Below, piece after piece: positions 21,584 through 32,808 of a DNA stretch of 64,000 nucleotides. The first letter of the stretch is position 1, and each line of letters opens with the position of its first letter. The translations under genes and the position numbers were made by a program. Origin of the DNA: Thermoplasmatales archaeon (GTDB lineage Archaea > Thermoplasmatota > Thermoplasmata > Thermoplasmatales > Thermoplasmataceae); NCBI GenBank assembly GCA_027310185.1, contig DAIDBH010000011.1, positions 110,451 to 174,450 on the forward strand, written 5' to 3'. The notes beneath the pieces are model-generated. The model was not told where the DNA came from, ran no database searches, and worked only from the letters and a program-made list of their open reading frames with translations.

Positions 21584-21962
21584 GACAACCATAAAAGCTA
21601 CAATCCTGATAGCTTTATTTTCTGTTTTTCTGGAAATTTCCCCTAAAAACTTCATAAATTATCTAATATTTCTTTTGATATCTTATTTGCTGGTTATTTT
21701 GTACCTTCTATGGAAGAGAAATTATAAATTTACAATAACTGATTCCGAAATAGAGGTTAAAAATGTTTTACTGTATCATACCATCCTCACAAAAAATGTT
21801 TCTGAGGCGTTTGTAAGCCAGGGGTATCTTCAGAAAAAATTTAATTTGGAATCCATATACATAATATCAAGGGGAAGAAATATTCTCATAAAGGATAAAC
21901 CACTGGGAAATAGGTTTCACGATGAGCTGAAAAAAGTCCTTGGTGAAAGATTATCTGAATAA
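21564..21962 (+). CDS. Membrane protein with bacterial PH-like (bPH_2) domain
   Basis: Two TM helices followed by YKFTITDSEI...VSQGYLQKKFNL. Confidence 0.65.
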   Translation: MGAMEIKTTIKATILIALFSVFLEISPKNFINYLIFLLISYLLVILYLLWKRNYKFTITDSEIEVKNVLLYHTILTKNVSEAFVSQGYLQKKFNLESIYIISRGRNILIKDKPLGNRFHDELKKVLGERLSE

Positions 21963-22114
21963 AATTATGGAACGTGACATATTTATTTTAATATATACAT
22001 TTTAAACCTGGTTTTCAATAGGTTACTTATCCTATGCCTTTAAGGGTTTTTTCATTCAGAATAACGTTAAGTATTACCACAATCTTTATATTTATCATTT
22101 AACTAATTACCTTT

Positions 22115-24157
22115 ATGGCAAAACATACAAGTGCTATATTAGCTGTCGTGGTTGTAGTCATACTGGTTGCTGCGGGGGTTTCCGTACTGGAATTTTATCA
22201 TCCAGCAAAGGCTCCTTCGTCAGTACTTACTGATACATCACAAACTGCTGCACCGGGAGAACTTGATCCGGCGACAGGGTTTTTTACGACAGATGAACCT
22301 CTTTACACCGCTTTATATCAGGAACTTACAGAGTTCCATAATGCAGGAGTAGGAGTTGTGCCGGTTCTAGCTAAAAGCGTAACGAATGTTTCACAACAGG
22401 ATTATACCTTTACACTGAGACAGCATGTCACTTTCAGTAATGGGCAACCCATGACTGCACCTGATGTCTGGTTTTCAATATACAGGACAATCATAATGGG
22501 ACAGGGAGTTTCAACATCAAATTATCCAAACATACTGTTTAATGCAACAGATTATGCAACAACAGGCATTGCATTACCATGGGGAGTTATAAGTGCATTT
22601 GAAAATGACACTCTTTCGCACTATAACGTAAAGGGTAGCAATTTTACTGTAACGACTAAAAACACAGCAAATGCCCTTGACTATGTGCTCTCAAACTTCA
22701 ACACAAACAAGTCAAACATGATGCTCATGAGTTATGCAAAACAGGCTGTTGTCGTGAACAGCAATTACAGCGTTTCAGTTAACGGTCTCTACGTATATTC
22801 ATTCATGCTATCTGATCTAGCAGGATGGTGGGGAGCAGTTATATATCCTGCACAGGTTGACGCTAATGGTGGTGTTCAATACAATCAGCAGAACACATAC
22901 ATAAATGATAATGGAGCAATTGGAACAGGTCCTTATGAAGTCAAATCAGCAAGTGCCGGTCTGACTACTGTGGTTTTACAGGCCAACCCTAATTACTGGG
23001 TAGCTAACAGTGCAAACACACCATCATCCATACAGGCTGCACACATCCCAGAAATCGTGATAAAATACGCATTATCGCACGCTGACAGAGTTGAGGAGTT
23101 CGACAAGAACACATCGCAGATATCCACAGTTTCGCCTGCGTCCTTCAAGGATATAATAACCAATTTCTATAACAGCTCAGAAGCAAATTACAATCTGGTA
23201 AAATCATTCCCAATAGATGGAGTGTTCTATTTCTCAATGAACACAGAAAGATCTTACACAAATAATATACACTTCAGAAGAGCGCTAATAGAAGCTAACA
23301 ACTATACTGAGCAGACAAGCATCTATGCAAATAACTACAACGGACAGGCAGAAGCATATAATGAACTTGGCCCAATCTCTCCATCATACGGTAAATCATT
23401 CTATAATCCACTGAACCTTCCAATGCAGAGCCAGAACCTTAAATATGCATTACAGAACATCTCTATGGCTGGAAATGAATCAGGCTACTATGTAACTGTA
23501 GGTGCTCATAAATACGGAGACACATCCGGATATGACCTTACAACTGCTGTCACTTTCAACCTTACTGGTATATCACCTCTAAACTCCATTGAGACAGCTC
23601 AGTTCACATATGCTATAGGCTCTTTTGCTAAGATAGGATTGACCTTTGCAACAAAATCAGTAACAGAAGCTACATTTGCAGGTCTTACAACAAACACCTC
23701 ATTCCCGAGATTCATGGATCTTGGATGGGTACCTGATTACCCTGACCCAATCGGTCAGCAGTTGATCCCAGTATATGATATTGCCCAGGGAGGTGCGCTT
23801 GGTGGAAACGATGCATTCGTGGATAACAAGACCTTACAGAATCTCTTCTCAACTCTGGATTTCCAGTCATCAACTGTCCAGGCACATGACATGATGGAAA
23901 TATACAACATAACATACAATCTATCTGCTTACATATGGCTACCAATGCCTAACAATGTATACTTTGTACAGCCATATGTCCACGGATTCATTGATAATGC
24001 ATTTGTTGGATACTTCTATAACCTGCTCACAATATCATACCATGGATCATCCGCATCCAGCTCTGTTGCAATAGCAAATCAAAACACATCTAACAATGTA
24101 CAGGCATTCGTAACATCCATGCAGGCAGACTCAAATATTTTTACCAGATTGTTCTAA
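22115..24157 (+). CDS. dppA: Family 5 solute-binding protein (DppA/OppA), membrane anchored
   Basis: LDPA, YTFTLR..VTFSNG.PMTA.DV, IGTGPY, GWVPDYPDP; N-terminal hydrophobic anchor. Confidence 0.92.
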   Translation: MAKHTSAILAVVVVVILVAAGVSVLEFYHPAKAPSSVLTDTSQTAAPGELDPATGFFTTDEPLYTALYQELTEFHNAGVGVVPVLAKSVTNVSQQDYTFTLRQHVTFSNGQPMTAPDVWFSIYRTIIMGQGVSTSNYPNILFNATDYATTGIALPWGVISAFENDTLSHYNVKGSNFTVTTKNTANALDYVLSNFNTNKSNMMLMSYAKQAVVVNSNYSVSVNGLYVYSFMLSDLAGWWGAVIYPAQVDANGGVQYNQQNTYINDNGAIGTGPYEVKSASAGLTTVVLQANPNYWVANSANTPSSIQAAHIPEIVIKYALSHADRVEEFDKNTSQISTVSPASFKDIITNFYNSSEANYNLVKSFPIDGVFYFSMNTERSYTNNIHFRRALIEANNYTEQTSIYANNYNGQAEAYNELGPISPSYGKSFYNPLNLPMQSQNLKYALQNISMAGNESGYYVTVGAHKYGDTSGYDLTTAVTFNLTGISPLNSIETAQFTYAIGSFAKIGLTFATKSVTEATFAGLTTNTSFPRFMDLGWVPDYPDPIGQQLIPVYDIAQGGALGGNDAFVDNKTLQNLFSTLDFQSSTVQAHDMMEIYNITYNLSAYIWLPMPNNVYFVQPYVHGFIDNAFVGYFYNLLTISYHGSSASSSVAIANQNTSNNVQAFVTSMQADSNIFTRLF

Positions 24158-24311
24158 ACAACCATCTATTTAATTAATAATTTAAATTTTTAATCAACAC
24201 TTTCTTAACTTATGTAAATTTTCAGTCTTTCTATTAAAACTAGTAATCCTCAGATCATCTTCAATTGATTATGTTCTATTTGATCATCATACGGAATTTT
24301 AATTATATTGT

Positions 24312-24812
24312 CTAATGTACTATTCTATCACCAAGATGAAAGAATTTTCCCCTGTGGAAAACCAGAGGTCTCTTTGAATCATCATAATATCCATTCATTA
24401 CTTCACCAATAAACGCTGCGTGATCACCAACTTTGAATTCATTAACTACCCGGCATTCATACACAGAAATGCAACCAGTGATAAGCGGAGCTTTTATGAA
24501 TTTTCCCTGAAATGTCTTTATCCCTGCCTTCTTGAATTTATCTGTGTCTTTGAGGGAATAATTTCCTGCAATATGTGCCATTTCTCCCTGCTCATCCGAG
24601 CAGTAATTGATGCCAAATTCACCGGATTCTGCAATTAGCCTGTAAGTTTCTCGCTGGTATCCTACCATGACTCCAATAAGGAAAGGGTCAATAGAAACTC
24701 TTATGGACCATTCAGCTGACATAACATTAACATCATTGTTTGTCCTTGAAGTAACCAGTGCAACTGTAGTTGTAGTATAGTCCTGTGACCTGTTTAAATC
24801 CTCTTTCATCAT
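24312..24812 (-). CDS. Flavin reductase family protein
   Basis: VSIDP, GEFGIN, ECRV...GDH..FIGEV, PLVF..G.F. Confidence 0.9.
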   Translation of the reverse strand: MMKEDLNRSQDYTTTTVALVTSRTNNDVNVMSAEWSIRVSIDPFLIGVMVGYQRETYRLIAESGEFGINYCSDEQGEMAHIAGNYSLKDTDKFKKAGIKTFQGKFIKAPLITGCISVYECRVVNEFKVGDHAAFIGEVMNGYYDDSKRPLVFHRGKFFHLGDRIVH

Positions 24813-24894
24813 CTACCCCGCATTATAAAACCATATAAAACGTTACACAAAAGCCTGCAAAACATCTTAATAGAAAATTCCATACCTTTACAGA

Positions 24895-25629
24895 ATGGTG
24901 CAAGGAAAGGAGATTCCATTTTTGAATTTTCCCAAACCTTTGAAAGTTGAGAAAGAAAACGGTTTCCTTAAATTTCAAACCGATCTCAGTATTTTCAATG
25001 GAAAGAAATTGTTCCAGAATATATTCATCTACTGGATTATTGAGGATTCCATCATCTCTGACAGGAAGGGAATCATTAGGTTTTACATAACTGGTGATAG
25101 TATAAAGGCAAAGCCCATTTACAGGAAGAATGTTTTCGATTCATTCGGTAGATTGGGATGGTCTCTGAGATTGCCTGATATTATCAAAAGCTTCGCAATC
25201 TTATGTAATTTCAGTGACGGCAACAATTCTTACCTGAATGAAATCTACTATTCCATAGACAATTCACTAAACAGGAAGGACAGGAAACTGTGTTTCTCAA
25301 AGATGATGGACGCGATCAGGACATATGGATTCCCTGAAGAGAATCACGATATATTTTATGAGTACGTTGATAATGACAGATACAGGTTAAAATTCGGGTA
25401 TGAACCGCAGACCCATAATGATCCTGACAGTTCGCAACTGGAGACGGAAATGTTCAAGATACTTGAAATGAATCCAACAGAAGACCCGGAATTGATTAAA
25501 TCCTCATACAGGAAGATGGTAAGGAAATATCATCCAGACCTATCTGAGAATGCTGATAATTCTGACTATACGAAAAAAATAAAGGAAATAAACGCTGCCT
25601 ATGAATTTTTACAGGGTAGATTTCACTGA
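24895..25629 (+). CDS. Class C J-domain protein (C-terminal DnaJ domain)
   Basis: IKSSYRKMVRKYHPD...KEINAAYEFL. Confidence 0.85.
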   Translation: MVQGKEIPFLNFPKPLKVEKENGFLKFQTDLSIFNGKKLFQNIFIYWIIEDSIISDRKGIIRFYITGDSIKAKPIYRKNVFDSFGRLGWSLRLPDIIKSFAILCNFSDGNNSYLNEIYYSIDNSLNRKDRKLCFSKMMDAIRTYGFPEENHDIFYEYVDNDRYRLKFGYEPQTHNDPDSSQLETEMFKILEMNPTEDPELIKSSYRKMVRKYHPDLSENADNSDYTKKIKEINAAYEFLQGRFH

Positions 25630-25796
25630 CATGCAATACATTACAGGCAACTGTAGGTTTGTTCCTAATAGAAGTAAACGATTTCTTGTTACATTGAAGA
25701 CTTGCTGTTAACTGTTATTTTTAAACGATTATTATGTAAAAATTAAGAATGCTTAATCTATTTCAAAGGATTAATTAATTGGATAAATCTACATGA

Positions 25797-27467
25797 ATGA
25801 TTCAGATGGTTCAGTTATATACAGAAAATCAGGAACTAAATTTTTTAAAGAATATCAATGATGGTTCTACACTGGCAATTTCAGGATTCAATCTTGCAAA
25901 TACTCCAGAATTCCTGATCAAGAAATTGTATGAAAATTATAAGTTAACAGGTCATCCAAAAAATCTATTCCTGGAAACAGATGCTCTTCCTGCTTCAGTT
26001 GATAGGGCTCTGGACATAATTCTCAGGGAAATGTATGAAGCAAACGACTTTTCACTTTTCAGGGGACTTCTCATCCCATTCATGGGATTCTCACCTTACC
26101 TGCAGAAGATTGCAATGGAAGACAAGATACCGGTATATGGCTGGCCAATTGGTGTCGCATCCTACTGGTTCAGGGAAGTTGCCTCCGGGAGACCGGGTCT
26201 TCTCACCAGAATTGGGATAGGTACCTTCCTAGATCCTGATCAGGACAGTGGAACCCTTAACGAGAGTGCAAAGAAGAGCAATATATGCAAAATAACAAAA
26301 TTGAATATTTCAGGAAGTCCCTTACTTCTTTATGAAGCTCCAAAACCTGATGTCTGTTTTGTAAGAGTTTCTTCAGCTGATATCATGGGAAGTCTGTCAA
26401 TGGAGGATGAACCCATAAGGGGAACAGTCATAAATATAGTTCAGGCAGTTAAGGCCAGACCAAAACCTGGAATTGTGATTGCACAGGTTAAGTTACTGGA
26501 CAACGAAAAACAGTTCGCTCCAAGAATGGTTGAAGTACCTTATCCTCTGGTCGACATAGTGGTCAGAAGTCCACGTGAGTTTCACTGGCAGGCACCGTCA
26601 TTTGAATATGACCCAAGGGCCTGTTTCAAGATAAATCCATCAAATATTACGGACAGTATTCTTCACGATCTGCAGAACTCTGATGTACCTTACAACCAGG
26701 GGATAATTGCGAAGAGGATTGCATTAGAACTTGTAAAAATGAGGAAGGAGAAGGGAAATACAATATTGCTGAACCTCGGTGTGGGAATACCGGCACTTGT
26801 TTCTTCAATTCTTTCCAGGGCAGGATACTCAAGGGATATAGTTACAGTTGTAGAATCAGGACCCTGGGGTGGAATAGCGCTTACAGGTGGAGATTTTGGT
26901 GTTTCAATGGGAGCCTTTGCCCTTTCAACAATTCCAGATATGTTCTCCAATTATGAGGGTGGAATTATAGATGTTGCATCACTGGGGTTCCTCCAGGTAG
27001 ACAGGACTGGAAATGTAAATCCATCCTATATACCGAACAAGTTAACCGGTCCGGGGGGTTTTTCAGTCATAGCCCAGGGATCTCCAACCTCACTTTTTGC
27101 TGGAAACTTCACGGCTGGAAAGACAGAGTTACAGTTTAAGGATGGTAGGGTGAAAATTCTTAAGGATGGCGGGACACTTAAGTTCGTGAATAATGTATAT
27201 AAGATCTTCTTCAACGGTAGTGAAGCACTGAAATATGGTAAAAAGGTAAAATATTTCACTGAAAGGTGTGTATTTGAGCTCAATGGAAAGGGCCTCTGCA
27301 TAACTGAAGTTCCGGAGGGAATAGATATTGACAGGGATATAATGGAAAAGATGGAATTCAAGCCTGAGGTTAGTAGAGAAGTCAAGAGGATGCCTGAAAT
27401 TGTATTTGGAGCAGGTGGAATGGAGAGGAACGATATTGAAATGTGGGTTACTAGAATGATTGACTGA
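25797..27467 (+). CDS. Acyl-CoA:acetate/propionate CoA-transferase (fused YdiF/Pct type)
   Basis: GIGTFLDP, NLGVGIP, catalytic VESGPWGG, GNVN, GPGGF, TERCVF. Confidence 0.9.
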   Translation: MIQMVQLYTENQELNFLKNINDGSTLAISGFNLANTPEFLIKKLYENYKLTGHPKNLFLETDALPASVDRALDIILREMYEANDFSLFRGLLIPFMGFSPYLQKIAMEDKIPVYGWPIGVASYWFREVASGRPGLLTRIGIGTFLDPDQDSGTLNESAKKSNICKITKLNISGSPLLLYEAPKPDVCFVRVSSADIMGSLSMEDEPIRGTVINIVQAVKARPKPGIVIAQVKLLDNEKQFAPRMVEVPYPLVDIVVRSPREFHWQAPSFEYDPRACFKINPSNITDSILHDLQNSDVPYNQGIIAKRIALELVKMRKEKGNTILLNLGVGIPALVSSILSRAGYSRDIVTVVESGPWGGIALTGGDFGVSMGAFALSTIPDMFSNYEGGIIDVASLGFLQVDRTGNVNPSYIPNKLTGPGGFSVIAQGSPTSLFAGNFTAGKTELQFKDGRVKILKDGGTLKFVNNVYKIFFNGSEALKYGKKVKYFTERCVFELNGKGLCITEVPEGIDIDRDIMEKMEFKPEVSREVKRMPEIVFGAGGMERNDIEMWVTRMID

Positions 27468-27514
27468 ATCCCATGCTCTTTATAAAATATGATTAACATG
27501 TACAGTAGAGAAAT

Positions 27515-27889
27515 ATGAAGAAAGGTGTGGAAATTTCATTTCAGTTGAACGATTCAGAACAGAATCAGGAAATAGTAAGAGCACTCGGTAACCTGACAGG
27601 CAACCATTTCCTGAATAAGTATGTTGAAAAATGGAGTATATTTCACGTTACCCTTGGTGAGCATGTTTTCTTCAAGGTACTTTATAGCGGTGAGAAGATA
27701 GGAAAGTTGCACCCTGCAATAGAAAAAGAGATTAAGGAATATTTTGACAGCCTTTCAAAAAACAGCCAGGAAGATCTCATGAAGAAATACAGGAATGCAA
27801 AGGAAAAGGATGGGTTCAGGGTCATGGATATCAAGGAACTGAAAGAGGAATACGATCTATGGCAGGACAGGCTCTGGGACTATATATGA
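27515..27889 (+). CDS. Hypothetical soluble protein
   Basis: Clean 124-aa ORF with host-like codon usage. Confidence 0.7.
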   Translation: MKKGVEISFQLNDSEQNQEIVRALGNLTGNHFLNKYVEKWSIFHVTLGEHVFFKVLYSGEKIGKLHPAIEKEIKEYFDSLSKNSQEDLMKKYRNAKEKDGFRVMDIKELKEEYDLWQDRLWDYI

Positions 27890-27947
27890 TCCGGTAGCCG
27901 GTTTATAAATAATCCAGAGTTACAAATAAAAATGGATCTTTTCATAA

Positions 27948-28838
27948 CTAATTTATCAGTTCAAGGTATTTGCGCTCTATCTGGTTTGTTGGCTCGACCC
28001 ACCTTATCTTCATGTTCTTTCCCTTGAAATAGTCGATCACGTCATCATTCGTCATATCATCTCCCCTCTGGATAGTGACTGTATAGCCCTGTTTATCAAT
28101 CACTTTTATTGATGAAGAATCTAACGAGTCTGTAGTGAGCTGATCGTAAAATGTTACATTCATCAGGTTGGTTTCTCTTTCATTCTTCATTTCCAGCAGT
28201 TTTGTTCCATGATTGATTATCACAACTTTATCTGCTATTTCTCTTGCTTCTGAAATCAGGTGTGTGCTGAGAATGACTGTTTTTCCTTCCTTCACGTTTA
28301 TCTCCCTGATTATATCGATAAATTCCCTCATACCCCTTGGATCAAGGCCAAAGGTTGGTTCATCGAGGATAAGCAATTCAGGATCGAGAGCCATGGAACA
28401 TGCAAGGGCCAGTCTCTGCTTCATTCCCCTCGAGTATGAACCGCTCTTCTTATTGATGAATTCATCCATTTTCAACAATGAAGAAAGTCTTTCGATCTCA
28501 TCCTTTATCTTCTCTTTTGATGCACCCTTTACCTTGCATACAAAGTTCAGTATTTCAGTTCCATTGAGGTATGGATAAAACTCTGGAAGTTCCACAAGAG
28601 GACCTACCTTTTCCAGTGCCTTCATAGGATCGTCCTGTACATTTATCCCTGCAATCTTAATGAATCCCTTTGTAGGATGTATTATATTTGTGGAAAGTTT
28701 CAGTAATGTGCTCTTTCCAGCGCCATTGGGTCCAAGTAGGGCAACACATTCACCTTTTTCAACAATAAGGTTGAAATCCTGCAGAGCATAGAAATTTCCG
28801 TATTTTTTTGTAAGATGGCTTGCCTCCAGTTCTATCAT
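27948..28838 (-). CDS. ABC-2 type exporter ATP-binding subunit
   Basis: GPNGAGKST, YSRGMKQR, LDEPTFGLD, STH. Confidence 0.92.
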   Translation of the reverse strand: MIELEASHLTKKYGNFYALQDFNLIVEKGECVALLGPNGAGKSTLLKLSTNIIHPTKGFIKIAGINVQDDPMKALEKVGPLVELPEFYPYLNGTEILNFVCKVKGASKEKIKDEIERLSSLLKMDEFINKKSGSYSRGMKQRLALACSMALDPELLILDEPTFGLDPRGMREFIDIIREINVKEGKTVILSTHLISEAREIADKVVIINHGTKLLEMKNERETNLMNVTFYDQLTTDSLDSSSIKVIDKQGYTVTIQRGDDMTNDDVIDYFKGKNMKIRWVEPTNQIERKYLELIN

Positions 28839-29674
28839 TATTTCACCTCCTTTCTTTCAAATAACATCAAAGTAATTCCAAAACTTACTATGGCGTATAG
28901 GGCCAGTATAAGGGAATTCGAAATGATTTCACCTGTGGATGCTGATAAACTGGATGGAACAGTTGTTGTAATACCAAAGGAAAAATTAAGGAACACTCTG
29001 TAAACAATGGTTTCTGCCTCATTAAGCAGATAATATGGTGTTACTTTATAGAGCAATTCTATTATTATGGTTCCTGCATTGAAGATTAGCAGATATATCA
29101 GGAGCACTGATATGTATGCGTAGGTATTCTTGTTGAATATACTGCTTATCAGGAAAGTTACACCTGATATGGAGAAGATGAATAGGATAGTTAGAAGAAA
29201 GCTGTAGAGGAACTGTATAATAACAATGCCATATATGTACTGGAATGTGGCAATCTCAATAATGGTGAATGTCACAACGATCAGGGAAGTAACTGTAACT
29301 GCTGCTAGATACTTTCCCGTCAGTAAAATGGATCTGGGTATTGGCAGGGTGAAGATGTGAAACGCTGTCTTATTCTCAATTTCGCTTGATATGGCTGGTG
29401 AGCCAAAAAATACTGACGCAAAAACAGGAAGTAATGAAAGGATGAACGTCCAGAGGTATGCAAGTATCAGTTCATCTGAGTGTGGCCCTATAATTTTAAG
29501 TCCTGCCCTGGATGCAAATGATGACAGGCTTGACTGGTACCTGAAGGAAAGATAAATCAGAAGGATTGAAACGAGAATGGCCATGAGAAACATCAAATAG
29601 AAACTCTTTGACCGGTAGTAATTCCTGAAATAATACACATAAGTATTTTTAAAAAGGGAGAGTCTTCTCAACAT
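28838..29674 (-). CDS. ABC-2 type permease
   Basis: ISSEIENKT...LPIPR..LLTGKYLA, C-terminal FERKEV. Confidence 0.88.
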   Translation of the reverse strand: MLRRLSLFKNTYVYYFRNYYRSKSFYLMFLMAILVSILLIYLSFRYQSSLSSFASRAGLKIIGPHSDELILAYLWTFILSLLPVFASVFFGSPAISSEIENKTAFHIFTLPIPRSILLTGKYLAAVTVTSLIVVTFTIIEIATFQYIYGIVIIQFLYSFLLTILFIFSISGVTFLISSIFNKNTYAYISVLLIYLLIFNAGTIIIELLYKVTPYYLLNEAETIVYRVFLNFSFGITTTVPSSLSASTGEIISNSLILALYAIVSFGITLMLFERKEVK

Positions 29675-29727
29675 AATATGTAATGTCCAAAAGATATTTA
29701 AGAAAATACATTAAAAATTTTTAAAAA

Positions 29728-30606
29728 TTAAAATTTGGTGGTTGCAGTCTCATTCAATATTTCACTGAGCACATACCTGTAATTGGCAAAACCCACGTGG
29801 AATTCTGCACTGTAAACTCCATTATTGTAACTGTTGGCAACTGTAAGTTTAAGATTAGTAAACAATTCAGTTATAAGGGAAATGTTCTTATACAATGATT
29901 GACCAACCCCAGTCATTGTAATGTTTGTGAATTTTGCTGAAACGTTTCCAAAGATAGTCACTCCTTTGAACATATTAGAATATACACTTATACCTGAAGA
30001 ATTAGAAATCGGAAGTGTTTTTGAATAATCCAGGGCTGAAAGATTCACGTAAAATGAAATTCCTTCTCCCTTCATTGAAAGGAATGACTGATGCACCTTG
30101 AGATACTTCCCGGTATGGTTTGCATTAATTGACATCTTTACACCAGAGAGATTTGAAAGTACAACAAAGGAACTTCCTATTGGAGCTATATACAGGGAAC
30201 CTGTAATATTACCTGGCAGGCTACCAGCGGCTGAAAGATTTACCGTGTTTGATATGGACAGATTGGAGATTTTGTATATACTATAACTTTCGTATGTGGT
30301 ATAATACTTTATTGACACATTACTTCCCTTTACTGTGTTCGAAGTTGTGTTAGATGAATTTCTCGCAGTGTTTTCAAATGCTGTAAGATTGTAATTTAGC
30401 AGTACACCTGCTGTAGTGTTTGATGCATACACTATGAAATTGGTATTGTTCACCTTATAGTCAACAACTGCAGAAACGCCCTCTGGTATAAAATGAGTCA
30501 TCTGTGGAGATGATGAGGATAAATAACTGTAAGCAACGTATGATGTAGGAGCTGCAACGCCAACTACTATAACAGCTATTATAATAATCTTAACTATTGC
30601 TATCAT
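29728..30606 (-). CDS. Membrane-anchored Ser/Thr/Asn-rich surface protein
   Basis: N-terminal TM helix, many N-x-S/T sequons. Confidence 0.75.
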   Translation of the reverse strand: MIAIVKIIIIAVIVVGVAAPTSYVAYSYLSSSSPQMTHFIPEGVSAVVDYKVNNTNFIVYASNTTAGVLLNYNLTAFENTARNSSNTTSNTVKGSNVSIKYYTTYESYSIYKISNLSISNTVNLSAAGSLPGNITGSLYIAPIGSSFVVLSNLSGVKMSINANHTGKYLKVHQSFLSMKGEGISFYVNLSALDYSKTLPISNSSGISVYSNMFKGVTIFGNVSAKFTNITMTGVGQSLYKNISLITELFTNLKLTVANSYNNGVYSAEFHVGFANYRYVLSEILNETATTKF

Positions 30607-30762
30607 AACAAAATAATCGAATGTGTCTATTAATAGTTATCTAAAAATTTCCAGTATAAAATTAACATTGTAAAATGAGGACTCCCTTTTGAGAAACATA
30701 TTATACATTTGATAACATTCAGTTACTGATTTTGTGTTCTGTTATTAGCAAATAGGACAGAA

Positions 30763-30836
30763 GTCCGAGTGGGGTAATTTGGATATCCTAGGGGCCTGCG
30801 GAGCCCTTGATCCGGGTTCGAATCCCGGCTCGGGCG
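30763..30836 (+). tRNA. tRNA-Arg(GCG)
   Basis: GTCCGAG/CTCGGGC acceptor stem, CT-GCG-GA loop, CCGGG-TTCGAAT-CCCGG. Confidence 0.93.
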
Positions 30837-31138
30837 CTTAACTAAATGCCAAACACTACGAAAAAAAGGACACTCTTGATGGTAATTTATACGCTCTATG
30901 ATGGCTTTCCAGTAGAAGGATAGGGGTTTCTAATATTCCAATTATAGTTATCGCCTTACGGTTAATATTTATAAAAGTGACCAGACATCGGACTATTTTT
31001 TGAACTGTAATAATTGGGGAAATAGCGCATTATGACTGACATACGATCTAAACCTGTCCCATATGCCGATTTGCCTCCAATTCATATTAAATTGTCCATA
31101 TTTTCATCCAGTTATCTTTGTGATATTTCCAGATTTAA

Positions 31139-32128
31139 TCAAAGGATCGAAATATGGAGGAAGATATGAAACATATATGCAACAGCGAAAGATGCAGCCG
31201 CTGCCAGGAGAGCGAGTAATGCAGCCTTGAGCGCTTCCCCGAATACGGCTATGTTCATGGTAAGTGCCACGATGGAGTTGGAAAAGCCCTGGACTAAAAA
31301 TACTAGAACAGCCGATACAACAAGAGCATAATAAGGTGGCAGGATTATGTAAGGTATTATGGGTATGGCAGCACCTATTATATAGAAAAAACCGACATTT
31401 CTTGCAGATGTTGTGGAACTTTTATTTATAGATTTAATTTCCTGTAAATTATCAGATTGATTCCCGGGTATAGCACGACGTTTTACCATCGAAATCCTGT
31501 ACTTTGATTCGGAGTCAGCAGAAAGGTATGCTCCAATACTCATACTGATTGCCCCGCTTATTGCGACTACTAGGCCGCCAAGGGCTATGTAAAAATGATC
31601 CGTTATCAGTGCGGTTAATCCTGCGAGTGCCGCTAGAACTTCTACAAGCCCATCACTCATCCCAAGGACAATGTCTCTGTTCCGTGAAACAAGTATCTCG
31701 CTTTCCTCAAATGAATAACTGAAGATATCCTCATGCTTAATTTCGTCTTCGATTATTCCTTCAATGTCAGTCTCTAATCCTTTGTTGTCATGGAAGGCTT
31801 CAGCAAACGACCTGTATTTTGCCACTGCCTCTGCTTCACCATGTTCCATTAACTTTACAGTAATTCCAGACCCAAGAAAAATATGAAATATTAAAAACAT
31901 GCGGATTTTGAGCCTCTTTGGCTTAATATGGACCGTAGAAATTCCATTACGCTCGAGGAAATCTTTCCAGAATTTTGAATGCTTTTCTTCAACAGAAGAA
32001 AGCCTAAAAAGTTCCTTACTTAAACGATCATCGGAAACGCGTTCAGAGAGTTTCCTGTAGAATTCCATGTCAGTGAGTTCATCCCTGTAGAATGTCCTGA
32101 TCTTCGCAAGTTGCTTGGAAATCTCCAC
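31139..32128 (-). CDS. Rubrerythrin/ferritin-like domain fused to a VIT1/CCC1 transporter
   Basis: EEKH and EIKH di-iron ExxH motifs; RDIVLGMSDGL, SGAISMSIGAYLS and GAAIPIIPY VIT1 motifs. Confidence 0.9.
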   Translation of the reverse strand: MEISKQLAKIRTFYRDELTDMEFYRKLSERVSDDRLSKELFRLSSVEEKHSKFWKDFLERNGISTVHIKPKRLKIRMFLIFHIFLGSGITVKLMEHGEAEAVAKYRSFAEAFHDNKGLETDIEGIIEDEIKHEDIFSYSFEESEILVSRNRDIVLGMSDGLVEVLAALAGLTALITDHFYIALGGLVVAISGAISMSIGAYLSADSESKYRISMVKRRAIPGNQSDNLQEIKSINKSSTTSARNVGFFYIIGAAIPIIPYIILPPYYALVVSAVLVFLVQGFSNSIVALTMNIAVFGEALKAALLALLAAAASFAVAYMFHIFLHISIL

Positions 32129-32329
32129 CTAAAGCTATAATGTTCAATATAATAAAGTTAGAGCCACTCTTTTACTTGATTGGAATTACCACCACTCTTT
32201 GGAGTAAATAATACCTGTAAGATTGCCATATTATGCTTTAATATGGTAACAATGGTTACCTGCATGATCAAGCATGGGCCCAGTAATAAAGCTGAGATTC
32301 AGGGATGGAAATGGAAACAGGGGTTTCGA

Positions 32330-32808
32330 AATAATTAAGAAAAAACATGAAAAAAGTTGCCATATCAACGAATCATGAGTGCAGAGCAGTCAAAAAGTGA
32401 AGAAGACATGGTCACAGAAAGGAAAACATGGATCGTATCTTAACAACATCAGCTGAAACACCCAAGGGAAATTTATATTTAATGACAAAAGAGGGATGCA
32501 TGGACAGGGATGATTTAATCGGTTTCCCGGATCAGCTCCTTTCTGAAGTACATTGATTCCTTCACACCTTCTGGAATAATAGAACAATACGCATGAGAAG
32601 GTTTGTGAAACAAAACTTTGAAACAAACAATGAGAGGTTGATTACAGGGAGAATTCCAACATATTCTCCTGAACTTAATCCTGATGTATATATGTGGAAA
32701 GTACTGAAATATCTGGAACTTCAAAATTTCTGCCCGATGGGTATGCTCGATCTAGGACATAAGGTCATTTGTAATGAACAAACTGAAAAGAATGATCAAT
32801 GGATCTAG
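32330..32808 (+). mobile_element. Degenerate IS630-family transposase remnant
   Basis: Across frames: INES*...KTWSQKG (IDES motif), FWNNRTI (WDN motif), YSPELNPDVYMW (SPELNPIE motif); stops and frameshifts. Confidence 0.8.
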
